A stretch of 63,489 bases of DNA, the filler included, from Kipferlia bialata (Eukaryota): the NCBI GenBank assembly GCA_003568945.1. It is 6 parts of 5 records of this genome, joined end to end, with 100 filler letters (N's around TTAATTAATTAA, not from the genome) between each part and the next. Parts side by side here need not be neighbours in the genome. Positions count along the whole stretch, not along the records: positions 1 to 26,498 come from BDIP01000001.1; 5 more parts are not named here. One strand, 5' to 3'. Shown in pieces: positions 1-10,669 of this stretch. The position numbers and the translations under genes were made by a program. The number at the start of each line of letters is the position of its first letter. The first letter of the stretch is position 1. The notes beneath the pieces are model-generated. The model saw only the letters and a program-made list of their open reading frames with translations, made no database searches and had not been told where the DNA came from.

Positions 1-1638
1 ACCACGGCCCTGCCCCCCCGTCCCAGAGTACTTCCTTTGCTCGACCCCCCCCCCCCTACTAGGGACCAGGCCCGTGGTGTCTGACATTGACACTGTATTC
101 TGATGTCCGAGGCTTCCTTCTTTCCTCTCTTTCTGCATCTCTCCCTGTGCACTGGACATCCACTGTGTCTGAGGACTGGGGGGTGTGGGGCCCAGTGGCC
201 GTCTGTCTGTTGTGTCTCCGCACTTCCGGTCCTTGACTTGTTCCGGCCCTCTTACCCTCTGACCTTGTGCCTAGACCGGACCCCATTGTCTAGTACCCGT
301 CCCTGGCTACTCTAGCCGAGAGGGACTGGATGGTGGGATGTCTGCCTGGGCTGGCCTCGACTCTAGCCTTGCCTTGCTTTGGATACAGACTGGTACTTGT
401 ACTGTGTGTCTGAGGTCACAGCTCTGATACAGTCTGGCCTGGACTCCATGGACCTGGCCCCGCCTGTTGCACCCCCGTAGTGTATAGTCTTCATGGACCT
501 CGTCTGCCGGTGTCTGACCCGTATCCGTATCAGCTGACCCTGATACCTGTGCCTGTCACTGGGACTGGGACCTTATGGGAACTCGAGGCGCTGACACCCT
601 CTGACACCCTATCTCTGCGCCCAATGGGGATCATCTGGGGATCTGGCTCCGCTGGGCACTCTCTGTCCAACCCCAGCCCACTAGGGACCAGGCCCCAGTG
701 TCCTCGACTCCATTAGACCATGGCTCAGCTGCACATGCGAGGCCCCAGGCCTGTCCACTCCCCACTCTACCTGCCAAAAGGTTCTGGGTCCATCCATAGT
801 TAGGGTTTTGGCACTGGGTCGGCTGCCTCTCCGCATGTCTCTGGCCTCTCACTGAGTCAGTGACTGACAGAGTATGTGACGTAAGACCTAGCGGCCCAGG
901 CTGCCTGGTATCGCAGGATGCCTTGGGATTGGGTCAGCTGCCTCCCTCTCTGCCTCTCTCCCCCTCTCTCGGTGTACCAGGGCCGAGGCTGTCTGGGATC
1001 GAAGGGTGCCCCCCATCTCTATTGGGCACGGACTCACAGGACAGGCACTCTAGCACTGGTCCTGTGGAGGGCGAGACAGGGTTGCAGGCCAGCATCCCAG
1101 TCCATGTCAGATTGACACATTGTCAATAGGGACCGTGTCCACTAGACATCTCCCTCCGTCTGCCTCTTCAACGTCTGTCCTCAGCGTATGGGGGGGGCGG
1201 TGTCTAGGGGACAGGGCCCCTGGCTGGCTGCTGTTGTGGGTGGTACCCTAAGTAGTGTTACATGAATTCATCCAAATACGTGTCTAAATAGTGTAAGTTG
1301 GAGATCTTGGTGCTGTGGCGCAGCAGAAACTTCTAGATCTGAGGAGACCAACTGAATATAGCTATGTACATGTAGACCATGCTCTTTCTCTCTGTAACAC
1401 TCTCTCTCTTATTCCAGTATATATAGATCTATACTCAATATTTGTAAACAACGCTAAACTGGGAGTCAGTGCAAGCCAAGAATTACATGGTGTCAATGTG
1501 GTGTTCATCCGTATGAAGTAGCACTTCCAGATGGACCAGCTCCCAACCTAGGCAATCAAACCACACTTAGAATCTGAGACAAACACATCCTAACCAACAA
1601 TACAATTCACCAATTTACTCTTAGGCACAGTAAACAGA

Positions 1639-2365
1639 TTAACGGTTAGAGGCAGCAACACGCTCGATCTCGTCCTTCTTCTTGATGGCGTAGGAGGTGG
1701 AGTCGTGGCGGGAAGCGTAGATGATCTCCTCAGCAAGGCACTCAGCGAGGGTCTTGACGTTACGGAAGGAGGAGTTCCTGGCACCAACAACCATAAGGTA
1801 GAGAGCCTGGTTCACACGGCGGAGGGGAGAGACATCCACAGCCTGGCGACGGACGGCTCCGGACTTGCCAACACGGGTGGAGTCCTCACGGGGGCCACCG
1901 TTCTCGCAAGCGTCAACAAGAACCTGGAGGGGGTTCCTCTTGGTCAGGAGGTGGATCACCTCAAAGGTCTGCTCGACGTGGCGAACAGCCATCATCTTCT
2001 TGCCGGTGTTACGGCCAGCGCTCATGCACATGTTGGTGAGCCTCTCCACAACGGGGCACTTAGCCTTGCGGAAACGCTTGGCAGCCCAGCGGCCAGCGGA
2101 GTGGGGAACGAATCCAGTGTTCCTCACAGCGATGTAATCGCGGAGGGACAGATCCTGGACCTCGACCTCATCGATAGACCTGATATAAGCAAAACCAGAG
2201 CCACAGAACCTTACATCACACCAGGAAACCAAGGGAACACCACAGAAACCACAATACTCGAGCCAACAACGGATCCCAGCCCTCCCCACCCAAAACCCTG
2301 CACACCACACGCCAATATTCCCTCAATCACACGTACCACTTCCCAAAGAGCTTGACAGACTCCAT
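1639..2365 (-). CDS. RPS5: 40S ribosomal protein S5 (uS7), 2 exons (2365-2337, 2179-1639), 189 aa
   Basis: Spliced product [28 protein letters not shown]...[16 protein letters not shown]...[10 protein letters not shown]...[16 protein letters not shown]...[17 protein letters not shown]. Intron 2336-2180 is GTACGT...CTTATATCAG and restores the frame. Confidence 0.97.
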
Positions 2366-2783
2366 ATTTCTAGGATATCGGCAAAACGAGGACAGCGGCA
2401 GCACTGTCACTTCTCGTCCTCATTTCTTCCGACAATTTGTCGGAAATCTCCGTTTTACAATAAATGAACACAGTTTTCAAAGAAGGTTGGCGCTCGAGAG
2501 AAAACATTGTTTTTGACTAACCGCTGAAACAATATGAATATGTTGTGATCGAGTAGGGTCACAGGTCACTGTGAAATTCTCTGACCCTCCTTGATGATCT
2601 GATGAGTTGCCTCTACTTGTATGATCATGGTGGCTCCACAGCCAAGCATGTTGCTACCACTTGGCGTTCTGGTCTACTAGAGGTCATTTGAACCCATATC
2701 GTAAGTGATGGCCTCACTGTAACAGACTGTAGAGAGGAATCATGCCCTTTGGCCTTGGCCGACGTTTTAGCAACCAAAGAGCG

Positions 2784-5421
2784 ATGTTTGTGGTCTATGC
2801 GTTGGTGCTAGCCACGCTGATTGCATCAGCTTTCTCTGTGGTGGACTCTGCTTGCCCTGTGTGCCACACATACATTGAGGGCGTTGGACCAGTGACCCCT
2901 CCTACCCCTGATGCCCATTTCTACCTTGATCAGGACACCCACAGTCTCTGCATGGACATCACCGCTGCCTACGATCCCGATGTGGCTCTTGTCGTTGGTT
3001 TCTCTCCATTCTCCCGCACAAGGTCCCTTTATCCCACCGCCTGCGAGAACAGGGACAACGAGATTCTTGATGAGGTGCGTTTAGCGTTTAATTCTCACAG
3101 ACCCAATCACCTCAGTACTGATACACTCTCTAACCCCTAGGTCGGTGCTCGTGATGCCATCTGGGGCATCTGGGATGAGCACTTCGCCGACAGCAGTGTC
3201 CTTCTTGCCTCTGACGTGGAGTCCGCCAAGTACCCCTCCAGCAAGCACGCCGGCATCTGGAACTTCAGCGTCAACAGCTGCAACACCGTGACCTACTCCA
3301 CCTGTATCAGGCTCGACGACTTCGATACCGCCTGCGTCGAGGACAGCACGAACCCCTTCAACGTGATCTCTGCCTCACCTATCCTCGCCTACTCTGGTAT
3401 GTCCGCTGTGTCCGCTGTGTCTGTGCTGATTCTCTTTGGTTTGTTCTCTGACTCCAGGTACTGTCTACGTCACATACGTGCACGAGGACCCCAGCGCCAC
3501 CAACCTTCTCTCCGCCATCGATGTCCCCATCTCCTTCGAGGTGTACGACGAGATCTCTGCCTCGGAGTGTGCCCAGAACCAGGGTGGGTATACTGTCACT
3601 CTTCTGTAGACTCTCTTCATTCTGGGACTGATACCACTGTTCTCACCCTAGGATTCGAGTTCGGCAACCTGAGTTGGATTGTCCAGGAGAGCAGCCTGCG
3701 TGCCGAGGTGTCCATGGAGTCTGTCGCTGCTGACCCCGTACGTGACTCTCTATTTGTATACACACACATACATATATGCGCCATTACTCTGGGGTCCTAG
3801 TCTGTACTTCCTTGTGATGTCTCTTATATCCTAATATTGTTCTGACATCAGAACGAGCGTCTCTGTGCATTTGACCTTGAGGGCCCCATCGAGTTCGCCT
3901 CATCCAGGTATTGTGTTATGTACCAGTATGTATGGTCCTGTATCTTCTATTGTGATTCTGTCCTCTGATCCCCAGCGAGGCATGTGACTGTCTCTACCTC
4001 TGCCCTGAGTCCTACTGCATCGAGGTGGGTGTGTGTGTCTCAAGTCTGTGGGTACCCCCCTGCCATGTGTAGGACAATCCTTCAGTATACTATACTTACT
4101 CCATCTCCTCTCACCCCAGGAGGAGGACGGAGACTGTGTCCAGAACTGGAATGCCCAGACCACTGAGCCCGTGGAGATGGGAGACCTGATCGGTGACTAC
4201 ACGGTAAGTCATTGTGTCTCTCTCTGCCATTCTGTGCGGTTGCCGTGTTCTCCTCATGCCAGGCCTTCTTCAGCAAGCAGTTCTGTCCCGACAACTTCTG
4301 GCAGACCTGCCCCGACGCCAGCCCCAACTATGTCGTGTGTGAGTTCAGCATCACCGAGGACATCTCCGTGTCCTCCACCTTCGACGATGACCAGATGAAG
4401 GCTGTCGTGACATTCGTTGACAGGTGTGTCTCTTCTCTCTACTAGTCCGTTCCGTATGACCCCGTGTCTCACCCCAGTGACATCGTCACCATCCGTGCCG
4501 TGCCCATCGGTGAGCAGTGCGCTGTCGAGGACCTTGAGTATGTCTCCTGGTGCAGGGTCACCGAGGAGTCTTCGGTACGATCCACAGTGTATATATACAT
4601 ATCAAGTGTTGTGTCGCGTCACTGTCTCTAACTTGCAGATCGGTGGCTGCCGTGCCCTCGACGAGGGGGATGTCCACGAGATCTGGGACGGCGACAGCAG
4701 GTGAGAGGCAGTGAGAGGCATTCATCAAGTGATGTGTTCTTCTTGGCTTACTTGTGCTCACCCCAGTGTCGGTGAGACTGGCATTGTGAGCTGTGCCGCC
4801 CGTGAGGTGTCCTTCGAGGGACCCGTCGGCGACGAGGAGTTCATCATTGTCGAGTATGTCGTGAGTGGATGCAGAGGCTTTGTTGCTGTGGAGGTGGGGC
4901 TGGGTCTCTATTTGCTAATGTATATGCGCATATATATATAAGTAGTTGTGTGCTCCCGAGCCGTGTCTGACCTCAGCTCTGTGGCAACCAGTACATGACT
5001 GCTGACGACATGGCTGAGAGGATGAGAGACGCCTACACCAGCGTTGGCCTCGAGTACACTGAGGGAGAGTGTGCCGAGTGGCCCGAGTGCCCCGATGGCA
5101 GCTGCTTCGGTGTCACTGATGACTGCAACTGTACCGTTGACGGATGCACCTGCCCAGGCTGTGACGAGGAGCCCACTGACGGCGACGACGACGTTGTCAT
5201 TGATGATGACCTGGACGACGACACCGGTGATGATGATGTCGTCATTGACGATGATGGTACGTGTTCTGACATTGTGTGACCAATAGTGTAGTAATTGTAT
5301 AGTCCAGTGATTTATCACACTCACCCCAGACAATGTTGGTGCCGCCTTCGTTCCCAAGCTCAGTGTTGCTGCCGGTGCAGTGGCCCTCTTCGGAGCTATG
5401 GTTCTCCTCATCATCGCATGA
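2784..5421 (+). CDS. Acidic, Cys-rich secreted/surface protein with signal peptide and GPI-like hydrophobic C-terminus, ~12 exons
   Basis: N-terminus MFVVYALVLATLIASAFS. Exons chain through GT...(CTCACCC)CAG introns, include CPDGSCFGVTDDCNCTVDGCTCPGC and a D-rich stalk, and end VAAGAVALFGAMVLLIIA*. Strong C/G third-position bias. Confidence 0.75.
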
Positions 5422-5777
5422 TGAACTCAATAGATAGTCAAGAAGTATACTTCAGATAGTGTTCTATGTTTCCAGGGCCATATTGTTCACTCCCGATTCT
5501 CCCAAAGGACTGCATGCACTTTGTCTTCTGGTGCAGCAGTAGGGAACCGGTGGGATGGGGGCAGGGCGGTACAGCATGGACCCCGTCCCTGAGGGGGGAG
5601 GCAGAGGAGGCACACCCATGTCATCATGGAGGATCTCCCTTAATGCATCCGACTGCTCCTATACATAGAAGGCTGTCTCTCCCACAGAAAATTACATATA
5701 CATCCATTGTGGTACAAACACATAGTAAGACAACATATAACAATACACTTGCAAAGAATCACTTCAATTTACTGCAT

Positions 5778-6574
5778 TCAGTTCATGGACTTGATCATCT
5801 GGTTGATGAAGTGTCCCTGGTCTCCGTGGGTTCCGCGCTTGCCGGTCATCTCAACGAATCCGTGAGTGATGGAAGCGTGGCCTCCCTTGGGGGCGGACAG
5901 CTTGAAGGGCCACATGAACCTGTTCACCTGGGTGAAGTGGGGTCCGAGGGTCACGATCTCGTGGACGAGGTCCTCCATGCAGGAGACACCGAAGCGGCCG
6001 AGGTTCTGCTCGATGACCATGTTGTCAACGATGGGGATCCTGTTGCCGTCAACCTTGGCGTATCCGCGCTTGTAGCACAGGTCACGCACAGTCTTGAGGG
6101 TGGGCTCACCGTAGGCAACGTAGGACTCGACGATCTTGAGCATGTTGAGGGTGGCCTTGTTGACACGGAGGAACACAGCGTTGTTGATCTGCCTGAGGCG
6201 GAGGAGCTGGAGCACCTTCTTGACCTTGGGGTTGACGCCGTTGATACCCTTGATGCGAACAACAAGGATCATCTTGGCCTCGGGCTCCACGAAGAAGGAA
6301 CCGTTAGCCTTAGCCTGGCGGCGGAGTCCGATCAGGGCACGCTCGGTGGCGCGGTACTCCTTGATGTACTTCTCAGCAGACTTGAAGGACTGGACGCGGT
6401 TAGCCTTCATGGCGGCACGCATGACACCAGCAGCCTCGGCACGGGCAGCAGTGTTGGCCTCGTGCCTCTTGCGGTTCTTCAGGATGGTCTCGGGGACGGG
6501 GGTACTGGGGTGAGAATGAGAAACAGGTGACACGTTCCTGTGTCGGCCACGACGAGCTCAAAAGAGCACTCCAT
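5778..6574 (-). CDS. RPL7: 60S ribosomal protein L7 (uL30), 2 exons (6574-6570, 6504-5778), 243 aa
   Basis: VPETILK...FFVEPEAK...VVRIKGINGVNPKVKKVLQLLRLRQINNAVF...EDLVHEI...FMWPFKLSAP. A 5-nt first exon ATGGA plus a 65-nt intron GTGCTC...CTCACCCCAG gives MDTPVPET. Confidence 0.96.
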
Positions 6575-6617
6575 CAACGAGCAAATGATGATCTTGAGGA
6601 AAAAAGAGTGAGTCCTA

Positions 6618-7000
6618 CTAGAGGCTCACTCCTTGATCCCAACCCTCAGTATCTTGCGACACTGGAACATCTTCATCCATGGTGGATATCAGTTTAATCG
6701 TGAAACGACATGAACTTGAAGAAGAAAGGAGCCAAAAGGCCCCCTTGATCTCAAAACCTGAACCTATGATACATAGGAACAGAGGAACCGGGATGAGAAG
6801 CAAATATGGTTCACGTACGCCATTTTGGTGTGTTAGTGTCAAGTCTATCGCACAAAGAAGACTGCGATGATCGATTGCTGCGTATCTCCTGGTTATCCAA
6901 ATGCAAATTGCAAATGAACAAAAACTCTTCAGGGGTGCAGAGCTGGAGGTTTGAAACGTCTACATCTGTCAGACTCCATTGTCACCCACAGTACCCCATG
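6618..7000 (-). CDS. Hypothetical protein, 3' exons (start not resolved, may extend to ~7300)
   Basis: Exon-like segments DVDVSNLQLCTPEEFLFICNLHLD...PKW| and SGFEIKGAFWLL...GVSL* are bounded by CTGACAG/GTACGT and ATCATAG signals. No recognisable family. Confidence 0.3.
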
Positions 7001-7485
7001 TTGGCCAGAAGAAGATAGGCCAATGTGTCATACGCTATTATACGACTCAATATTCAACCTAGGACTGTAAATTCTACCTGGCCTTATACTATTCATATAT
7101 GTACTAAGACCTTGCCTCGTACCAGTGGTCTGATGTATGAGAGGTATACTTCCGAACACTCATATCATCAGTAAATCCAGACCGTAGTAAAGACCGACAA
7201 ACCCAGCAGTATTGACTCTCTATTCAAATTGTAGTTATTAATAACTGGAAGCGACGAGGAGAGCTCACCTTCCAATAATATGTACATTTAGTGTGATCGG
7301 TCAATAGTCATCTTCAGATTCCATCGATGATACACGACTGTCAGAACCCTTACTGGCCATAACATAAATAAACTGAGCTTAAAGTCCTTAACTCATGTAA
7401 TTGTGTATCTGGCTTGGCAATGAATTGAATCCAGACTAAGTACCCGATAGAGCTTGAGTCAGTCACTGAATCAAAGGTGTACTGA

Positions 7486-8556
7486 TCAGGAGTCAGTCTC
7501 GGCCTGCTCTTCTGTGTTCTTTGGTCCCTCTTTGGCCAAGTCTCCACCCTGGAATGAGTGACCACATGTATATGCGGTAGATATATATGATACTCCGACC
7601 ACTAGACTCCCATAACAATTGAATACATGTCTCGGACACTACCTTCAATGGCTCAGCCGGATTAGACGCTGCAGCACCCTTCGACTTTTCTGGATATGAG
7701 TTATTATAATCAGAGACGCTTATAGAATCCGTAACGAATAACACTATCCAATACCGAGCAAGAGATATGGAACCAGAATACAATTGCTCAAAACAAGAAG
7801 TGACCAGAAACTCACTCTTCCCCTTCATCTGTTTCTTCTTCAGTCTACGGGCCCGCTTCTTGCTGGTCTTCAGGGCCGCCTCAGCCTATGTATAAGACGA
7901 GTATTATATAACGGGGTCAGAAGGATAGTAAATCCCAGTCATGGCGATACCTCTTGCTTCTCCTTCTTCTGTCTGAACTCAGCCTGTATCTGACTCTCCT
8001 CGGTCTCGGTCCTCATATCGTCAATACGATTGCGCTCATTCTGAAGCATCTGGATGTGAGTCTTTGTGTGCAACATCAATAGTATGTATACGAGACAAGG
8101 GATGAAGTGCATATGATTATCCAGACGATAATATAGATATGAATAGAGCGACGCTCACCTCAAGGAACACACGCTGGTCTGAAGCAGACTTCCTGGTTTC
8201 AGTTAAGGTCCATACACTTCACAACACGACATACTGACAATGTTAAGGTACCGGTACCGGTACCGGTTGACCCCCACAATCGTCACATACCTTGTGTTGA
8301 CACTCGTGAAGTTATACACATAATCTGTGGATCTGAAGACATCCCCGGTCACATCCTTAAGGGCACTGGCGTCCCTATCCCCCATGTCTCGGGATAGCCT
8401 GTAATAAGAAGACAGCAGGTTACCTGCACGAAAAACGTGATATGATGAACCCTTTCTCTCATTCAGCGTGTTCCGACAACAGCTTCCCAAGGAGGGCATG
8501 GATATCAGCCAGATAGCCCTCGTAAGCTCAATCAGCACTGAACACTCTTCGTCCAT
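7486..8556 (-). CDS. PRKRIP1/DUF1168-like protein (putative spliceosome C* factor), ~6 exons
   Basis: Spliced segment THIQMLQNERNRIDDMRTETEESQIQAEFRQKKEKQE|AEAALKTSKKRARRLKKKQMKGK matches the DUF1168 pattern (E..R...M....E.....EF........E..T.K.R..R.K.K). It ends ...EEQAETDS*. One internal junction near 8190-8290 is uncertain. Confidence 0.55.
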
Positions 8557-8576
8557 TGTACGTTGTTAAATTTAGT

Positions 8577-10333
8577 ATGAAGTTGGATCATTGGGTGGAT
8601 CGAGTGAGTATTTCTGACTCCAGCTTGACGTTGAGCCCGATTACTATGGCCAGCGGATAGCCACAGCGTCTTCTGATGGCTCTGTAAGGTACTACCGCAG
8701 CAGTTGTTTCTTAGGAAGTGTTGTGGTGAGCTATATTAGACCAATGCTGATAGAAGGGTCTTTGCCACTGGTGACGGCTCCCCGGATCTCGTGTGTCAGT
8801 TGACCCACCACAAGGTGAGACTAACCACCGTTGCTATTCCTCTCTGATGAGGAGAGATGGGTATCTGAGATGTGTGAATGTGTGGTTATCGGTGGTATGG
8901 TTCAATCAATACTCTTATAGTCCCTGGCAGTCAGTGGAGGGTGGTCTTTGCTTTGTGTTATTATGGTGTACATATGTTTCGTTTCTCTTCTGTGCTCCTT
9001 AATTGTAGGATTGAGACCAGAGTTTGTGGATGTCTCTTATCTATGACTCTGCTGTCTCTCTTGTGTCTTGGTCTACAGTTCCCGGTATCATGCACTCACT
9101 CAGGGCCCAGTCTACAGAGTAGCATTCTCACACCCATCCCATGATGGGGGTCTCCTCGCTACCGCAGGGGAGGACAATACAGTGTGCATCCTTAAGGTAA
9201 CCCAATGGCTGAATAGAGTGTATATATATCTCCATAGTGTACTGTTCCCACTCACCCCAGGAGACCAGCCCAGGCACTTTCTCTGTCCTGCACTCTGTCA
9301 CATACGGTGCCGTGACCTGCATTGCATGGCTCAAGGTTGGCCCTGTTGCAAGGTTAGTGATGTATCTAGTCTAGCCCCACTCTGTGCTTCTTGTCCCTAT
9401 ACCCACCTGTGACTGTTCTCTATCTCCTAGTGTATGATAAGCCTGACCCCAGACTGGCTGTGGCCTGTGCCTCTGGCCACGTGCATGTGCTGTCCGCTGT
9501 GCAGGACAGCCCGTCTGGCCTGGCCTTCGAGGAGACGTGCCAGTGGGTGGCAGACGTCAGGGGGTGCCTCAGGTACAGTGACAGTCAGGGTGTATCATAC
9601 TACTAGGTCGGGGCCTGGAGAGGGGTCCTGATACTCTGTTGTTATCCTAACCCCCAGTGTTGACTGGGAGCAGTCCCCACTGTCCCCAGACTTCCCTAGA
9701 CTGGTCACATCCGGTCTGGCCAGGCAGATATCAGTGTGGAAGCTTCTGCCCGAGCCCACCCTGGTGGCATCCATGGGCCCCCAGACAGCTGCCAAGCAGG
9801 TACGCCCAGCCTATGGTAGAGAGCAGTGCTATCCAGACATATCTGATAGTATGGTATACCCTCTTTCTGACCCCAGGGAGTGCCCTTCCACTCCTCTCCT
9901 GTGCACTCGGTGCGCTGGTCCCCATCGCTGACTGCAAGGTGAGGCTTGTATCGATACGTATTACTCCCCTCCAGTTCTCACCCCAGCTCCTCCGTGATTG
10001 CCTCAGCCTCAGACGACCTCCTGCTTGTGTGGAGGGCAGGCAGAGACGGTCTCACATGGACTGCAGAGAAGATGCGCTCTGTGGATGAGACAAAGGGCGG
10101 TATTCACAGAGTGGCCTGGAGCATCACAGGTGAGATTCCTAGGTTGCTGATATCTCATCATATTGTGATCAATACATGCCATAACGTGTTGCTGGGAGTG
10201 GAGGGTCTACCAACCATCTTGCCATTATTACACTCGTGTTTGTAGATGCATCCTCACCTCAGGCACTATGTTGGCTGTCACCAGGGCCATTGGGGAGGCA
10301 GAGCTCATCAGAATTGAGTTTGATGGACAATAG
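8577..10333 (+). CDS. Sec13/Seh1-family WD40 beta-propeller protein, multi-exon
   Basis: DVEPDYYGQRIATASSDGSV..., HSGPVYRVAFSHPSHDGGLLATAGEDNTVCI..., RLAVACASGHVHVL..., GGIHRVAWSITGTMLAV match Sec13/Seh1 blades. The two paralogues cannot be distinguished by eye. Confidence 0.8.
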
Positions 10334-10669
10334 ATAGGGGTGTATTCTCTGCATGAGTCATTGTAAGTTGTGACTTCTTCAAGGACACATGTTACTTGAG
10401 TGAGTCTTTACAGCGGCGAATGGTCACTGAATGTCATGCACAGTGTGAGAAGCATTATAGTCATCACAATCGTGCCGTCGGATCACACAGTAGTGTCACT
10501 GTCACAGTGACTAGTGGCACCCAACTGGACCCTCGCCTCTTTGCCAAAAAGCTGTTTCGAGTTCAAAGTCTATCTGTCTTAGGACTCCTGCGCCTGCTCC
10601 TTGCCTTTCCGAACTCTCTCACCTTCCAGCAGGCAGGGAACACCCACTTCTATAGGTATAGGTCTGGGA

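Noticed and set aside
2591..2700. CTGATGAG hammerhead core or C/D-box snoRNA upstream of the surface protein
   Set aside because: No correctly placed GAAA/stem II for a hammerhead, and no well-spaced terminal D box or recognisable rRNA guide.
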